Assembly: GCA_051362555.1 (NCBI GenBank)
Contig: CM120646.1
Coordinates: 3,224,001-3,288,000 of the forward strand
Direction of reading: 5' to 3'
Length of the DNA stretch: 64,000 nucleotides
Origin: Lingula anatina
Lineage: Eukaryota; Animalia; Brachiopoda
In this document: one piece after another, positions 12,074-25,645 of the stretch
Position numbering within the stretch: the stretch's first letter is position 1
Layout: every line of letters begins with the position of its first letter
Program-made: the position numbers and the translations under genes
The notes under the pieces: generated by a model
Database searches by the model: none
The model's input: only the letters and a program-made list of their open reading frames with translations
Told to the model about the DNA's origin: nothing

Positions 12074-15000
12074 TCACATATCTTCCACACTCCATTTATA
12101 TGCCATATCTGCTACAGCTTTCTTGTTGGCCATCTTGGCGAAGAATTCCTTCTCAAATCCGTTGGATCTGTCGACCCCATCCCACCTGTACCCGGGCCAA
12201 ATGTTAAAGCGGTTAGGGGGAGGCTCTGGGCCACGGTACCTTGGTTTGGCTGAAAAGTAATCATAAATGTGTTAGGTGAGACATGGAAGCAATGGCGCTT
12301 GGTTGGGCTAAAAGCAGAGAAAACAAAGATGATTGTGCAATTTTTATTCCAGCTTCCTTTTCTGAATGACTTTTAATCAAAAGCTGACTGAAGTTGTCTT
12401 GAAAACCCAAAATGTGTTTGTGTGTGCGTGCAGTCACACTTAAGTGCGTGCAATCCCATTTCTATTGGATCAGACACAGCAGAATAATACCTTCAGCCCT
12501 GAGATAAAACTGACATATTATTAGATTTATTGTATCATTAATAATGACCCTTCACCTTTGGCCTTTGACCCTCCTTTGTTTTCCTTAGCTTTCTTCTTCT
12601 GCATATATGCCAGCATGGGGTCCTCTGCCCGCTCTCGCTCCTTCAACATGGCGTCCAAATCCTCGTCATCTTTGAATCTTGCGAGGGGCTTGTCCATTTC
12701 ATGTAGTGTTTCCTGCAGCGTCTGTTCCTGTTGTGCTTTTTGTGCCATTCTGCAACAGAATTAGGACAGATGACACAAGAGTTATTTCCAAGCAAACAAA
12801 TACTTATACACCCTACCCACAGCTTTAATTTAGTAGAAAAGAAGCTCAAGTGTGGATACCCATATTTCAAAATCTTTTACCTACCCTTTCCCCCAAACCA
12901 TATACTTTTCATTCATCTCTTCCTTTTTGGCATCTTCTGCCCTCTGCTTCAGTTTTTCTTCTTTTAAGTTTCTTCTCTTCCCTCCTTTGTCTCTGAACAC
13001 AGTTTCTGCATTCTTCCCAAGAGCTTCAGCATCTATCTGCAATAAACTAACTTAAATTAACATGTGTTTTTATTACAAAAAAAAACAAAACAATTAAATA
13101 ATTTAATTAATAAATTTGTTAATTATCACCCTATTTCTAAGACAGTACTGAACTCTTTATGTATCTCATGAACATGAGCCTTGATCCATTTACTCCACTG
13201 GTCCAGCCCTTAAAAGCTTGTTGTCACAGAGACCAAGATAAAATTCATGGCTATTCTGACAAAAGAACTTTTAATCCAAAAAAATTGGTCTACTTCAGAT
13301 CAAAATCCATTATATAGTAACCTACTTAAATAAAGAATTGCTCTTAAAGATGGGCCAAGTTCAATAGTTCATGTAACTAGATTTCTCATCTCAAGTCAAA
13401 GTAGACTGGAATTTTGCAATCAAATTTCAGGCTTAAGCTTTTGTGTGTAACAAGCACCAGTACTATAATGATCAAATTTGCCATTTCAGTTTGCTCTTAC
13501 CTCAATTCACTTTGAATCAAACAAATAATATAAGTATAAAACTACAACAAATGATTTCCCTCTTGTTGTATTATAGTATATATGCATTCCCATTTACCTG
13601 TTGAAACATCTTATTTTCCTTTCTTTTCAGTTTTTCTGCTTCTTCTCTCATTTCTCTGGCAGATGATAGACCTGCTTTAGCACCTGACATAAATAAATAA
13701 AACAAACAAATAAATACTTAACCCCAGACAATTATTTGAAGAATGAGACATAGAATGACAGACATCTATATATTCTTGGTTTGTACAAGCACATCAAATC
13801 AATTATATCAATTTTGCAAGAAAAGAGTCTGGAAAGGTGGCTACAAATATCTTACAGCCCATTTCATAAATATAAGAATTTTATTTGTTTTAGCTCTGCA
13901 ATTAGGCTATACGCTGATTATAAAATGATCAATGTTACAATTTGTGAATTTATTACCTGCCAGGGTTTTACTCATCTTCCCTTCTTTACTTCTCAGTGAG
14001 TCTTGTTTATTTTTTCTGGGAGGGGATTCATCAGAATCTACCGGTTTCTTTTGTCTTCTAGGAGGGGACTGATCAGAATCGGAGTTCTGTTTCTTGGATT
14101 TTCTGGGAGGGGACTGGTCTGAATCATAAGTATTTCTCTGTTTCCTTGGAGGAGATTGGTCAGAACCAGAGTCGTGTCTTTGTTTCCTTGGAGGAGATTG
14201 GTCAGAACCAGAGTCATGTCTTTGTTTCCTTGGAGGAGATTGGTCAGAACCAGAGTCATGTCTTTGTTTTCTTGGGGGAGATTGGTCAGAATCATGCCTT
14301 TGTCTCCTAGGTAATAACTGGTCAGAATCAGAATCAGAATCATGCCTTTGTCTCCTAGGTATTGATTGGTCAGAATCAGAATCATGTCTCTGTCTTCTAG
14401 ACACTGTAGTTTTATCAGTTTTTCCATTTATTACGTCTGTCTTTTTTGTTCTAGGTGGAGATTCATCAGAATCATGCCTGGTTTTCCTTCTTGGTGGAGA
14501 CGTATCAGAGTCAGAATCATGACCCTGTTTGTTGCCTTGTGGAGAGGTGTCAAGTTCACCATACTCTACATTTGCCCTATCTGCTGCTGAAAAATAAATA
14601 AATAAATATATATTGGGTCACCAAAATATTCAAATATTCAATGATGAACAAAAAAAAAAAAAAAAGGAACTGAAGACCACACTTGACTTTGACTACATCT
14701 GGCTCTTGCCAATATTGGCAAGGCATAGATTTTAGATCATTTCAAGGGTTTTCCCAGCCAATGGTCCAGTCGTCATTTGGACGGCTGCTGGCATCACTGG
14801 ACAGCCATATTTGCAAAGAATGCTGGATGGCACATGTGGACTCCCTGAAATTTTGCAGGAAATTACAGGTGGTAATTTTGGACAGCCGGTACCCCCAATC
14901 TTTGGAAAAGAAGTAAGTGATTATTATTACTAACTAAAGATGCTACTAAATAAAAAACTATGAACAATCTAATAGAGAAGTATGGAAGAAAGGTTATTAT

Positions 15001-15810
15001 ATAATGTATCCTAGTATTTGTAAAAAAAGGCATGATATCTAATAACTGGTTCATACCTGTACAAATATTTATTGTAATTATTCAGAATTCAGTTTGAATT
15101 GTTTACAAATCTGCACCTTGCAGCCCCTCCAATTCACCTTGCTTATCAGAAGCGAGTAACTTCCACTTGCTGTCCTTCCTGTATTGTTCTATCCTCTGGA
15201 CATGGACTGGTCTTTCATCCACAATTTCAGCAACAGTTGGTGCTTCTTCTTCTTCTTCCTCCTCCTCTTCAACATGACCAGTGTCAGCAGATGGGATGCC
15301 AGTCTTAAAGTCCAAGTCCTCATCTATTATTTTCAGCCTGGAAAGATTTGAGAGCACCCGTGCTGTAATAACTACAGAATTTATTTTGTATTTTTATTTA
15401 TTTACTAACAATAATTTATTTAATATTTATAGTTCATTGTTTGTCTTTGTACAGATGTTAAACGGTTTACTACTAGTATATAATATATACTGCTACACTG
15501 TCTCTAAATGTTTAAATGCCGTTTACCCTCATTTTGGTCGATCGATTGTTAAAATTCTACAAGCTTATGTACTGACCAAAGTGTTCTTGTTATTAACTGC
15601 ATACATGGCTCATAATCTTGTAAATATTTCTCTAATCTGAATTTGAATATCTAGATCTGCATCCCCCATATCTGAGAAATAATTAAAAGGTTACCCAGAA
15701 TGAGGCTTCACTGCTTTAGGTTTCTTCCTCTTCTTCTTAGTCTTTTCAGTACCCGCTGAATCGGACATGTACCTCTTTAAATAATCAGCTTTGCTCAACG
15801 TCGCGCTCAT
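12074..15810 (-). CDS. BUD13: BUD13 homolog (RES complex pre-mRNA splicing/retention factor), 7 coding exons
   Basis: Exons on the - strand: 15810-15695, 15337-15138, 14586-13957, 13683-13598, 13036-12885, 12749-12556, 12249-12074. N-terminus [15 protein letters not shown], central RHDSxSDQSPPR repeats, C-terminus [12 protein letters not shown]...EDPML...[28 protein letters not shown]...AYKWSVEDM*. Confidence 0.95.
14020..14520 (-). repeat. Coding minisatellite (42-bp core unit) encoding the BUD13 RHDS/QSPPR repeats
   Basis: GGAGATTGGTCAGAA recurs at 14151, 14193, 14235 and 14277 (42-bp period), with more degenerate units on both sides. Confidence 0.9.
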
Positions 15811-16128
15811 GTTGACTAGTTTCGAGAGGAAGTGACTTTCCTGGTCTCCTCTTTAAGAAGAGTGCATCTTTAGGGAGCAGTCCTCAGTATAAATTAAGTA
15901 GTGATTTATTTACCTCAAAAATGACCTGTAGTGGAGGTAATAAGCGGGAAAGCAAAGACACATAATACTATATATGTTATGTTTACTATTTTTAAGTATT
16001 TTTACAAAAGTTTATTTGCGATAATTGCAAGATAGCTTAATAGAATAGCTTCTCCCTGTTTCACACACATTGCACCACATCCACCGTGCAGTAAAAGACT
16101 TGACTGAACATCTGGTTTCTGCCCTAAA
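15811..16128. promoter_or_regulatory. Bidirectional promoter region shared by BUD13 and ASCC2
   Basis: The two start codons diverge with only 318 bp between them. An ETS-like GGAAGTG lies at ~15828. A possible ASCC2 5'-UTR intron runs from GAG|GTAATA (~15937) to TGCAG| (16091). Confidence 0.7.
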
Positions 16129-19100
16129 ATGACGCTTCCTATCGATAAGCAAGAGCAGACGGTAGACGATGAAGCTTCTGGAAGACAACAAAAAGTCCCT
16201 GTACTGGTAAGTCATGAAATAATTTTAATTGCAGACAAATCAATGTCCAATAAAATGTTGATGGTGCTGTGTTTGTAAACGTAAACAGTAAAACACATGT
16301 AGTTTTTAATTTGAGTGTATATTCAACACATATGGCTGCTTCAAGTAATTAAAACATTTGAGCCAGTTTGGATTTTAATGCACATGAATGTCGCCTCAAG
16401 ATGTAAATATTCTTATACGACGTACTTCACTTTAATTTTTAAGGAAGTGAAGCCCCCCTACACACACACACACACACACACACATACACACACACACACA
16501 CACTAACACACACACACATAAGGATGATCAGACCAGAATGTGCACACTCACAGGTGCTTAACTGTCCCACAAGCTTTAATTGTAATATGTCCTGCATTCC
16601 ACAAGCTTTAATGTCTCTCTCTGTAATGTCTCTTCATCACATCTTCAGCACCCCAGGTTTAAGACAGACCACCCATTTGTGGTCTACAGACAGCTGCCCA
16701 TGAATTACGACACAGCTACATTGGAGGAGTGGATGGAGAGAGTGGCCTACATCAAGGAAGATCTTCACTGGCTTCTCAGGCTGCCACATGATAGATTCTG
16801 GTGTCAGGTATATTTGATGTATCAAATGATCGATAGGCTTTGCAATATAACTTGTTGCAGCATTACTCAAATATTATTGTCTATCTCTTGAACAAATCTT
16901 ATGGATCGAGTGGACTCCGATTTATTTATTTATTGGTTTAAATTCATTTTCTAGTTCTTTTAAAGCACTAAAGGCTACATATATAACATTTTATGGGTAG
17001 AACTAAATCAACCATATAAATAGAACTTTATTGATTTCTAAAACTTTTATTTGTTTCAACTTCTTCAGGTAGTGTTTGACCCTGAGATGCACAAATGCAT
17101 AGACAGTTACCTGAAAAATGCTCCAAGGTAGGCATACTTCTTTGACATATATACCTGTCATATTTGCCAGGGTTTGGATTGTTATTCTCCACTTTGTGAT
17201 AAAGTTCATGAAAACTATTTTGGATATTTTATGAAATGCCTGAAAGACTAGTAATTTCATGTTGGGGTAAAAGGCATCATAAATTAATCTGTAACCAGTA
17301 GCAATCCAGGTTGAAGGTCCTTCAAAATCAGTTAATATATTTATATAGCCAGGAACATTCTGACAATCTTCCAGACAGGTCTGATGGTGTATTTGCATTG
17401 AAAATATTACCACCCTTCTTGATACAACCATTCTGGCTGTCAGATAAAGCTAAGCTCACCACAGACACCAAAATTTTGATGTAATATCCCCGTTCTCGTG
17501 CCCACCGTTATCTCCACTGTACTGTAATGTGCTTATCTGGCAGTATGATTGTAAGTAAGAAGGGTCGATCCATCTTCAGTAAACACCTTGAATCTGTCCC
17601 TGTCTTTCCAGGTCCTATGATGTGAAGCCCCTTCCCCCAGAGGCTGAGGCTCTCCATACTGCTGTACACCGTATGGTCTTCATGGTCTGCCTGAGGATGG
17701 CCACTTATAAGGAATCTGCTGTGAGTCTGTGGGTTCATTCACAATGAATAAATCATTCTATATAGATCGATCCAAGTCTGCAGGGGCTCCAGCTGAATGC
17801 AATTAGATAAGCAGATAGACATGCCTCCTTTTGTTACTAACATACCTGTATAATCTTCAACTTTTCCGTATTCTACACAAGGCTAAGAGGAGGTGTGATA
17901 ATCTGATTATATTTAGCAAGTGTCCCCAGGGAATTGGACCAATCTATGAGAGTAGCTTCATAGAGAATGAGCCCTATGTAGAAAATATATGATTGTTTAT
18001 AGTAGTTGTATTTGGTAGTGAAAAACATGTAGATATTTCTTCTGATTTAGCCTTGAAATAGTGTTGAATAATGTAACTGTTTGATTAACATTATATTATG
18101 TGTAAACCTTCATGATTTGATTTCTTTTCAGTCCCATCATTTGACCCCTTCTGTGTTTGGTGAAATTCTGTACGAACATTTCATCTTTGACATCCCCAAG
18201 ATAATGGACCTGTGTTCACTGTATGGAGCTGGGAACTCTGCTTTACTGACCAAGATGATCTCCAATATCTTCACACAGCAGCCTAAATATGAGGATGACC
18301 TCAGGATCACAGTGCCTACAGTGTTACAGGTAAAGATAGAGGAGCAGGGAGGTTAATGTATGAGAGGTACTTGACAGGAAAGCTGAGAGAGAGAAAGTGT
18401 GTGTGTGTGTGTGTGTTTGAGAGAGAGAAAGATTGAGAATTTGTGTGTGTGCATGGGTGTGTGTTATGTGAGTGAGAGAAAGTTTTATTAGATTAATGCT
18501 GATCAATTTTAGTATCAGTCCCATGTCACATACCTGTTTAATGTGAAAATTTTAAAGATGTTTTACTGAAAAGTGTACATCAACATCTGTACATCAAAAA
18601 CCAGTCCTCACCCCTCACACAGCACTTGTCTAACCCCATTACATTATTATCAGGTGTTTGAAAACATAGTAGAGCAGTGTGAGCTCTCTCAGAGCACAGT
18701 GCCCCAGAGGCTGTCCACAGACCGCTGTAGAGGACTAGCTGACATGGCAGAGCCCAAGTTCCTAGATATTGTGCTGTATTTGTATGACATTTGCTCCACA
18801 CTGCTGGCTTTCCTGGAGGTGTATCCAAAAGGGACACATGCATTTCATGAGGAGGGATTCTTGGTCAGGTGAGGGGATGATTGTGGTAGTTGGGATGAGG
18901 ATTGTGTTAGGTGTGATGTGGATTGTGTTAGATGTGTTGTAATTGTATTGTAATATCCCACTGTTGAGATAATTATAATTTTCTTGAATATTAATGGAGA
19001 CAGAACAAATCTTAACATCTTTTTAGACAATCATTTTTTTGATAAAATAGAAGAATTTAAAGAATAAGAAGATGATTTTATTAAAATTTTTAGAATGTCC

Positions 19101-22100
19101 CTTCTACATTTGAAGTTTTCTTCTGCAGACTGTCCAATCTATATGAAACTACATTCCATGAGTTAATGGCAGCAGTTAAGGAGAGAAAGTGGTCAGAACC
19201 AAGGTGAGGCACATGGACAGTATTTTACACAGAAAAGGGATTCTTCCGAATAGATAATTTCAGTGTTTAATAATATATATGATACTAGTGATTTTCAACA
19301 AATTAATGAGATTTGATGTGCAATTCAAGACATATTTTATGGATGACTGTAGTATTTAGTTGTTTTCAAGTGCATTTTATTCTGATAATTTGATGATAAA
19401 TCAGGGTCTGATTTGCCAAATTGCTGTTAGCTAACAATGTGGTTTTAACTGTTTAGAACAGAAACTTAACAGAGGATGATGTACATGACATGTACACATT
19501 GCAGTTTATTGTGAAAAAGACAGGCGACAAACAGAATTAATAGGAATTTGATGCACTTTCTCTAATTGTGCTGATTTTTAATTCCAGCTTGATCAGAACA
19601 GTGAAGACAAAGCTAAGAGTGATAGAGAAGAATTGTGTGGAGATTTTTAGGAATATTCTAAACACTTGTGCAATTCAGCCAATCATTGAAAAGAGGTATT
19701 TAGAATTTTTCATTCTTGAAAAATTTCATGTGCTTTACATTTAGGGACAATTAACATGTAAAAACAGATTGTATCTACTTTTGTCTTTTGAAAGTATTCA
19801 CTTTCTTAAACTTTAAATTTCTTTGGGTTACTTTGTTATAGCCAAAATAATAAGAAATAAATGATAATATTATGGGGCTTCCTTTGAAAAAGAATAAAAT
19901 TGAACTCAACCCAATAATGACTTAAAATCGATTATGTTTAACAATATTTTTTCTTAATTAAAATAAACCTTGTCTAGTTTTAATAGTTGGCCAATATATG
20001 AAATGGTAGTTTCACATAAATTTCCTTTGTGGAAAATTTTACAGGATTCTCTTTATTTTATTTCACTGTTATATTTCCAGTGGCAGCCCAGAGGTAGAAT
20101 CCTGTGTGGAGGACTACATGAGTGTGATGACTGATGTCCTCTCAGATAAAAGGTATATTTTCATACCATATATTTATGCAGTTTTGAATGGTTAACAGCC
20201 CCTCCCCAGTCATCCTTTTTTCTGCCATGTGCAAGTGCATTTTAAGAAAATTAGATATCTTCTGTTGCTGTTCATATTTCTTTTTCTTGTACCTGCTCTC
20301 TGCTCATCCTGCTAAATACTTCATTAATTTTTTGTATCTGTTCATATATTTATTTCAAAAGCTATATCAGAAACGGAAGCACTCTTTGGCAAAAAAATTG
20401 TTCATTATCTAAATTTCTCCTGTCTATTTAAATAGCTAAATCAGAAATTTGAAAGGACTCTTTGACAAAAACACAAAATATTTGAACATTTAAGAATAGT
20501 TGATTGCATTGATTTGTGATAAAGATATATGTAATGACACGACACTGACATTTTCTAATCCAGATTCCTGGCAGCTTATGAGGAAGTATTCCCATTCAGT
20601 GAAGATCTTGACATTTTACAGCAGTGTGTATATGCCATGTATCCTTTGTTGTGGATATGTACTGATGTAGCATGTTATGTTTGCAAAGTTATGTGAAAAT
20701 ATTTGAATTTCAACTTAAAATTTCACAACAGATCATGTGGCTTAAAAAGTGAAGGCAAAAATTTACCAAATTCTCATCCTTTGAATGTTCTCTTATGACA
20801 TAGTCCAATCCTACTATTTGTTTCACAAAGACACTGAAGTATTAGAGGAGACACAGACACAGTAGATTAGGATGTTTGGCACTTCTGCATCCCCCTTTTA
20901 TCTTTCCCACGAATATTAATGCCATATGAACTTTAAGATTAAATTGATAATGTTATTAATATATAATATTCAGTTGACATAAAAAATATGTTGACTTGCA
21001 TGTTTTGAATTAGCAGTCTAGAATATTTCCCTGACTGTTACACAGAGATGATACCAGGATACAGTTTCTTCAAGATGGCATTGCAAGTGCATTACAAGGG
21101 GTTGTAAGAAAAGGTAGGGATAAGACTTTGGGCTTAAAGATTTCTGTGGTCAGATTTGAAATGAAGATGTTTATGTTTATTTGGAAATAGAATTAATATG
21201 GGCTGATGCAAATAAGAATTTGTTAAAAAATAAACCTCATTTAACCCTCTTTTATCGCTGCTTATCGAAAGTCATTTTCATGGATGAAATGTCCCCTGAA
21301 GAAACATGAAAGTTCAAATACGTGTGGCAGATGTTGAGTCATTTTTATTTCATCTCAGTAAATTATATATACAGTTTTCACAAGTTGCCTACTTTTTAGT
21401 AAAAACGAAGAAATCACCCAAATTACCAAAAGAAAATGCTCAAAGACAGCCACCAGAGGGTGCTGAGAATGATGCACCTCAAGACAAGCTACAAGTAGAA
21501 GAGGTATGCATTTTGTCTGCAAAGGATGAGTGCGAATAACCATTGGCAAAGTGCCCATCGTCAAAATTTTTTTAAAATTTGCTATTATAAAGTTTATACA
21601 TATATTGGTTGTGTGATAAAATATTATTTGGTTTGAGGCATCGTAACTTAGTATTTTTAATGAGTTGTATGTGGGGGGGGGGGGGGGAGCTGGATTTACC
21701 TGTTGTATGCAGTCTAATGAATCAGAGCAACTTGTTTCAGCATATATATTACATAAATTATTTTTTTGTCAAATGAAACTTGTCTTGTGATGTAAAAGAG
21801 TTATATGTTAAATAATTGTGGTGTGACACAAGAAAATGGGAAAGTAATTACGTTTTTTTTAATCCTAGAGAAGAGAGGGAGGGGTGGCATATTACTTTAT
21901 TTTCTCACAGAAGCCATCACTGATTTCACTTAACTGTATAAAAGTCTTGTAACTAGAAAAACTTGTTTCAGTGTATTTATTAATTTTACATAACTTTTCT
22001 AATAAAATTATTCATAGCATTTTGGTGAAAATAAAAGAAAAAACTCTGCAAAGCTATTATGAATAGTGCTGGTGTGGAAGATTAGGTCATAAGTAACAAA

Positions 22101-25100
22101 ACTAGGGTGTGTGGGATGGAGCATTTTATTTTACTTTTTATGCAAAATAGACATAAAAGGGGACATTTACACAACAATTTTGGTTGTACAAAATGTACTT
22201 TCATGCCCATTAGAGGGGGTTGAGTCAAGCCACCCTTATGTGTAGAGGTCTATTACAGCATGGGTCTCTATATAAAGTAGGAGCCACCACAATGTACATC
22301 TGCTATTTAGATAATTAATATAACTTTGAATATCATTTTACATTTAATCTTTCTTAATCCTAAGAAATAAGAATCAAAGTATGATATACTTACTGTATTT
22401 GGACTCTATTTCCTATCCATATCCGCCCCCCCTTTTTTTTTTTTTGGATAGCATGCATTATATGAAAATGACTTTTCTTTTTTTTGGGTTGTAATTGAAA
22501 ATATTTTACTGACTCTAACCCCTATTTTTCTTTCAAAGACCTACATTTTATTTTGGGTTGTTCTTTTTGTACAAAAGTTTCACTGTATCTGCCTAGCCAT
22601 CCTATCTAAGCATGTAGCAACTACCTCATGGCAGGAATAAACATGGCCGCCTGCTAGCATATGGACTGAAAATGTCCCTATTTAGTTTGAGTACATATCG
22701 AGCCCAACCCTCAGACAAGCTGATTTTCACATATATCTCACCTTATATTCATATCTTTTCAACCGTGAATAATTAGCTTGTCTGAGGCAGGGGCTCATAT
22801 AAAAAATGAACATCTTTTATCCTCAAGTCACTGTAAGATTCTTCTTTCAATCAGCATTACATTTAAGAATAAAGCAATCAATATATTGATCACAAGCAGT
22901 GATTGGCCACTTATTGCCTTTCTTTTTTACACAGGCACCTTCTGTACCCAATTACAAAATTTCACAGTTGTCACCTTACTATAACTAAAGATATGTAGCG
23001 TTACAATTCAGACCCCCCCTAAAACACACATTTTCATGAATATTTGACAAGGTCATTTTGCCATTAATTTTTTATATTTCAAATTCAATAAAAAATATTT
23101 TTTTATGTGGATCATAAAAGTGTAAGACCCCAACTTTAATTAGGCATCAATTTTTTTTCATTCATTCACAATTTATCTTTCATGTACAAAAGTGGGCACT
23201 TTTACCCCCTTATTCGCACTCATCCTTTTCTGAAGAATACTTTTTCTACAATATTTTTCTTCATCTTTTGCAAAAGAACCCTGAGTACAATGGGTTTGAA
23301 TAGATCTTTTAATTTTTTATCATTATTTTAATTTTTATATTTAATTTTTGTAATTGAAGATCTTTTTCATCTCTAATTTGCACATTTTACACTCTTTTTT
23401 TCTATCATGAAATTTTCAGTCTGAGCTTGGTGCTTCTGCTGCTACAGTGTCTCCCCCTAGTGACGTGGAAATGGACAGTCTGATCTCCTCTGTGCGTGAT
23501 CTTCTGCCTGATCTGGGGTCAGGGTTCATACAGGTAAAACTCCGCCCTGGACCTTGTTTCTCAAAACCAGTTTTTGGGCTAAGCTATGGCAGATAAACTT
23601 GGAAAGACAACTTTGTACAGCCAACTTGAAAATTATTTGCCCATTTCACAAGCCTTACACGTACTGAGTTCTAAGATGTAGTTGACTTATCAAAGGCAGC
23701 TTGATTATGAAGTTATACACCACATTTTGACACAAGGTCTAAGTTTTAAGACCTGAAACTAGATATTTTTCTCTTAAAATCCTTCTGGTGAGTGTTTGGA
23801 GAGGGGGGGGGGGGGGGGGGCATGTCACTTGGCTTAGGTCTTGAGTAGACTGAGGCAAGGGTGATTTTCTACTTACATTGCAACACAGGGTTCTGTTTTT
23901 CATTTTCCACTTCAAAATAGTTACAGGATTTTTTTTTTCTTCTGACATGTCATTGAAACGATTTTAGCTTATAATAATCCCTGTAACTACTTTCTATTTA
24001 TTTTTTACAGATGTGTCTTGAAGAGTTCAGTTTTGATGTCGAGAAAGTAGTGAATGTTTTACTAGAGGATAAACTGCCGCCTCATCTCCAAGATCTAAAC
24101 AGGGCTATGGACAGGTATTGTACAGATATGATGTCACTTGTCATACTACAGTATAAATTGCCGTCTGGTCTGTGAGATATTATTGTTATTATTATTAAAT
24201 ATTCATGTCATGATATGTAAATTATATTCATTCTTCACTTTCAGAGACATGTTGCCAAAGAAATCAATTTTATCAGAAAGGAAGAACATATATGACGATG
24301 ATGAATTTGATGTCTTCCATAAAAAGGATATTGATGTATCTAAAGTCTTCAAGGGCAAGAGGTAATGTAATTCAACAGTAAATATTTAATTTTAATATTC
24401 TAAATTATTCATTGGTTTCTGATCCCATGTATTTCTGTTTTGTGTCCATGACATACAATAGAATCTTGAAATAATTTTTTCAGTGTTTGAAATTTATGAG
24501 TATTTACATTTTTAACAGGCAGCAGATCACCAGCAAAAAATACACCCCATTGAGTGGAGCAGACCGAGAAAAACTGCAACCAGTCTATGATTTATTTGGA
24601 AATGTGGACACGGAAGGCTCTGTGTACGCTATTAAAGATGATCCTGATGGGATGTATGAAGACGAGTATGATGACACTTATGATTCACACAATGAAGCTG
24701 AGGATGAAGATTCTGCTGATGAACTCCTACAGAGGAGGTGTGTTCTGCTGTGACTTATTTTTCAATGAAAAAGTTTCAGTCAGAAAAAATTGTAGCTGTA
24801 GAATTTTACAGAAATAATTTATTGTACATGATATTTTTGTACATTATATTTTTGGTAACTTTGTTAGAAAATTACCAATACATGGCAGTGACTCATTAAA
24901 TGAAAAGAAGTTGCATTTCCTAATGTAGTTTTGTGAGTAATATCAAGAAAAGATGTTAAAGTATTACTATTTTTTAAAAATGACTGAAAGCATGAATTCA
25001 AACTTATTTACTCAAAGCCTCACTGTCAAACTGGGAATATTTAATGTTTGCTTAAATTTATTTATTTATTCATTTATTTCAGATATAACCTTAGTATAGC

Positions 25101-25645
25101 AGCCAATAAAAATGTTCAAGATGAGGAGGAGGAGGAAGAAGAAGAGGAGGAGGTGAATGAGATATTTTTGGTTAAAATTGAAATAGTGAAATGATGAACC
25201 AACAAAATGAACTACTGTCACTCTGCAAATTTGGCATATGTTTACTTTTTTCATGATGGTGATACTTTTTATCAGAAACAATTCTAGAAGTCACTTTATT
25301 AAAAAAATTGTTTGTTTTAACAAAGTTTAATTTAAAAATTTCAAAGCATGCAGCAAGTAATGCCTCCTCTTTTTACAGGAATCAGAGAGAAGAAGAGACC
25401 AATTTATTGAAGATCCAGCTAAAATTCGGGAAAGGCAAGAACAGAGGAGATTGTCTAAGATGCAGCGGACAGCCAAGAAAAATGTGGGTCAAGGCCAGAA
25501 AAGGTCATATGATGTGCAGGGCAAGCCTAAAGGTCAAGGGCAAAGCAAGGAGGTTTTGCATAACAGAGATTACAAAGAGAAAAACAAGGGAAGAAGAGCT
25601 AATCACAACAGGAGGGTTCTGGCTGATAAAAAGAGGGCAGCTTGA
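16129..25645 (+). CDS. ASCC2: Activating signal cointegrator 1 complex subunit 2 (CUE-domain protein), 18 coding exons
   Basis: Exons 16129-16206, 16649-16807, 17069-17127, 17612-17720, 18132-18329, 18654-18868, 19129-19203, 19588-19695, 20081-20152, 20564-20638, 21046-21113, 21400-21503, 23420-23533, 24011-24114, 24245-24361, 24519-24737, 25083-25152, 25379-25645. Motifs include DLHWLLRLPHDRFWCQVVFD, FIFDIPKIMDLCSLYG, CUE domain SLISSVRDLLPDLGSGFIQMCLEEF, RKNIYDDDEFD, YEDEYDDTYD and KGRRANHNRR. Confidence 0.95.
16460..16519. repeat. Interrupted (CA)n microsatellite in ASCC2 intron 1
   Basis: Directly visible in the sequence. Confidence 0.9.
20639..21045 (+). other. U12-type (minor spliceosome) GT-AG intron in ASCC2
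   Basis: 5' splice site GTATCCTTT (20639-20647). Branch site TTTCCCTGAC (21026-21035) ends 10 nt before the intron end. No polypyrimidine tract. Splicing here keeps the frame (YAI-DDTRIQFLQD). Confidence 0.9.

Noticed and set aside
17003-17431. 142-aa antisense ORF within ASCC2
   Set aside because: Antisense to an exon and AT-rich intron, with no recognisable domain or splice support.
22155-23212. Possible degraded TIR element in ASCC2 intron 12
   Set aside because: Only short, weak inverted matches and no TSD; boundaries cannot be supported.
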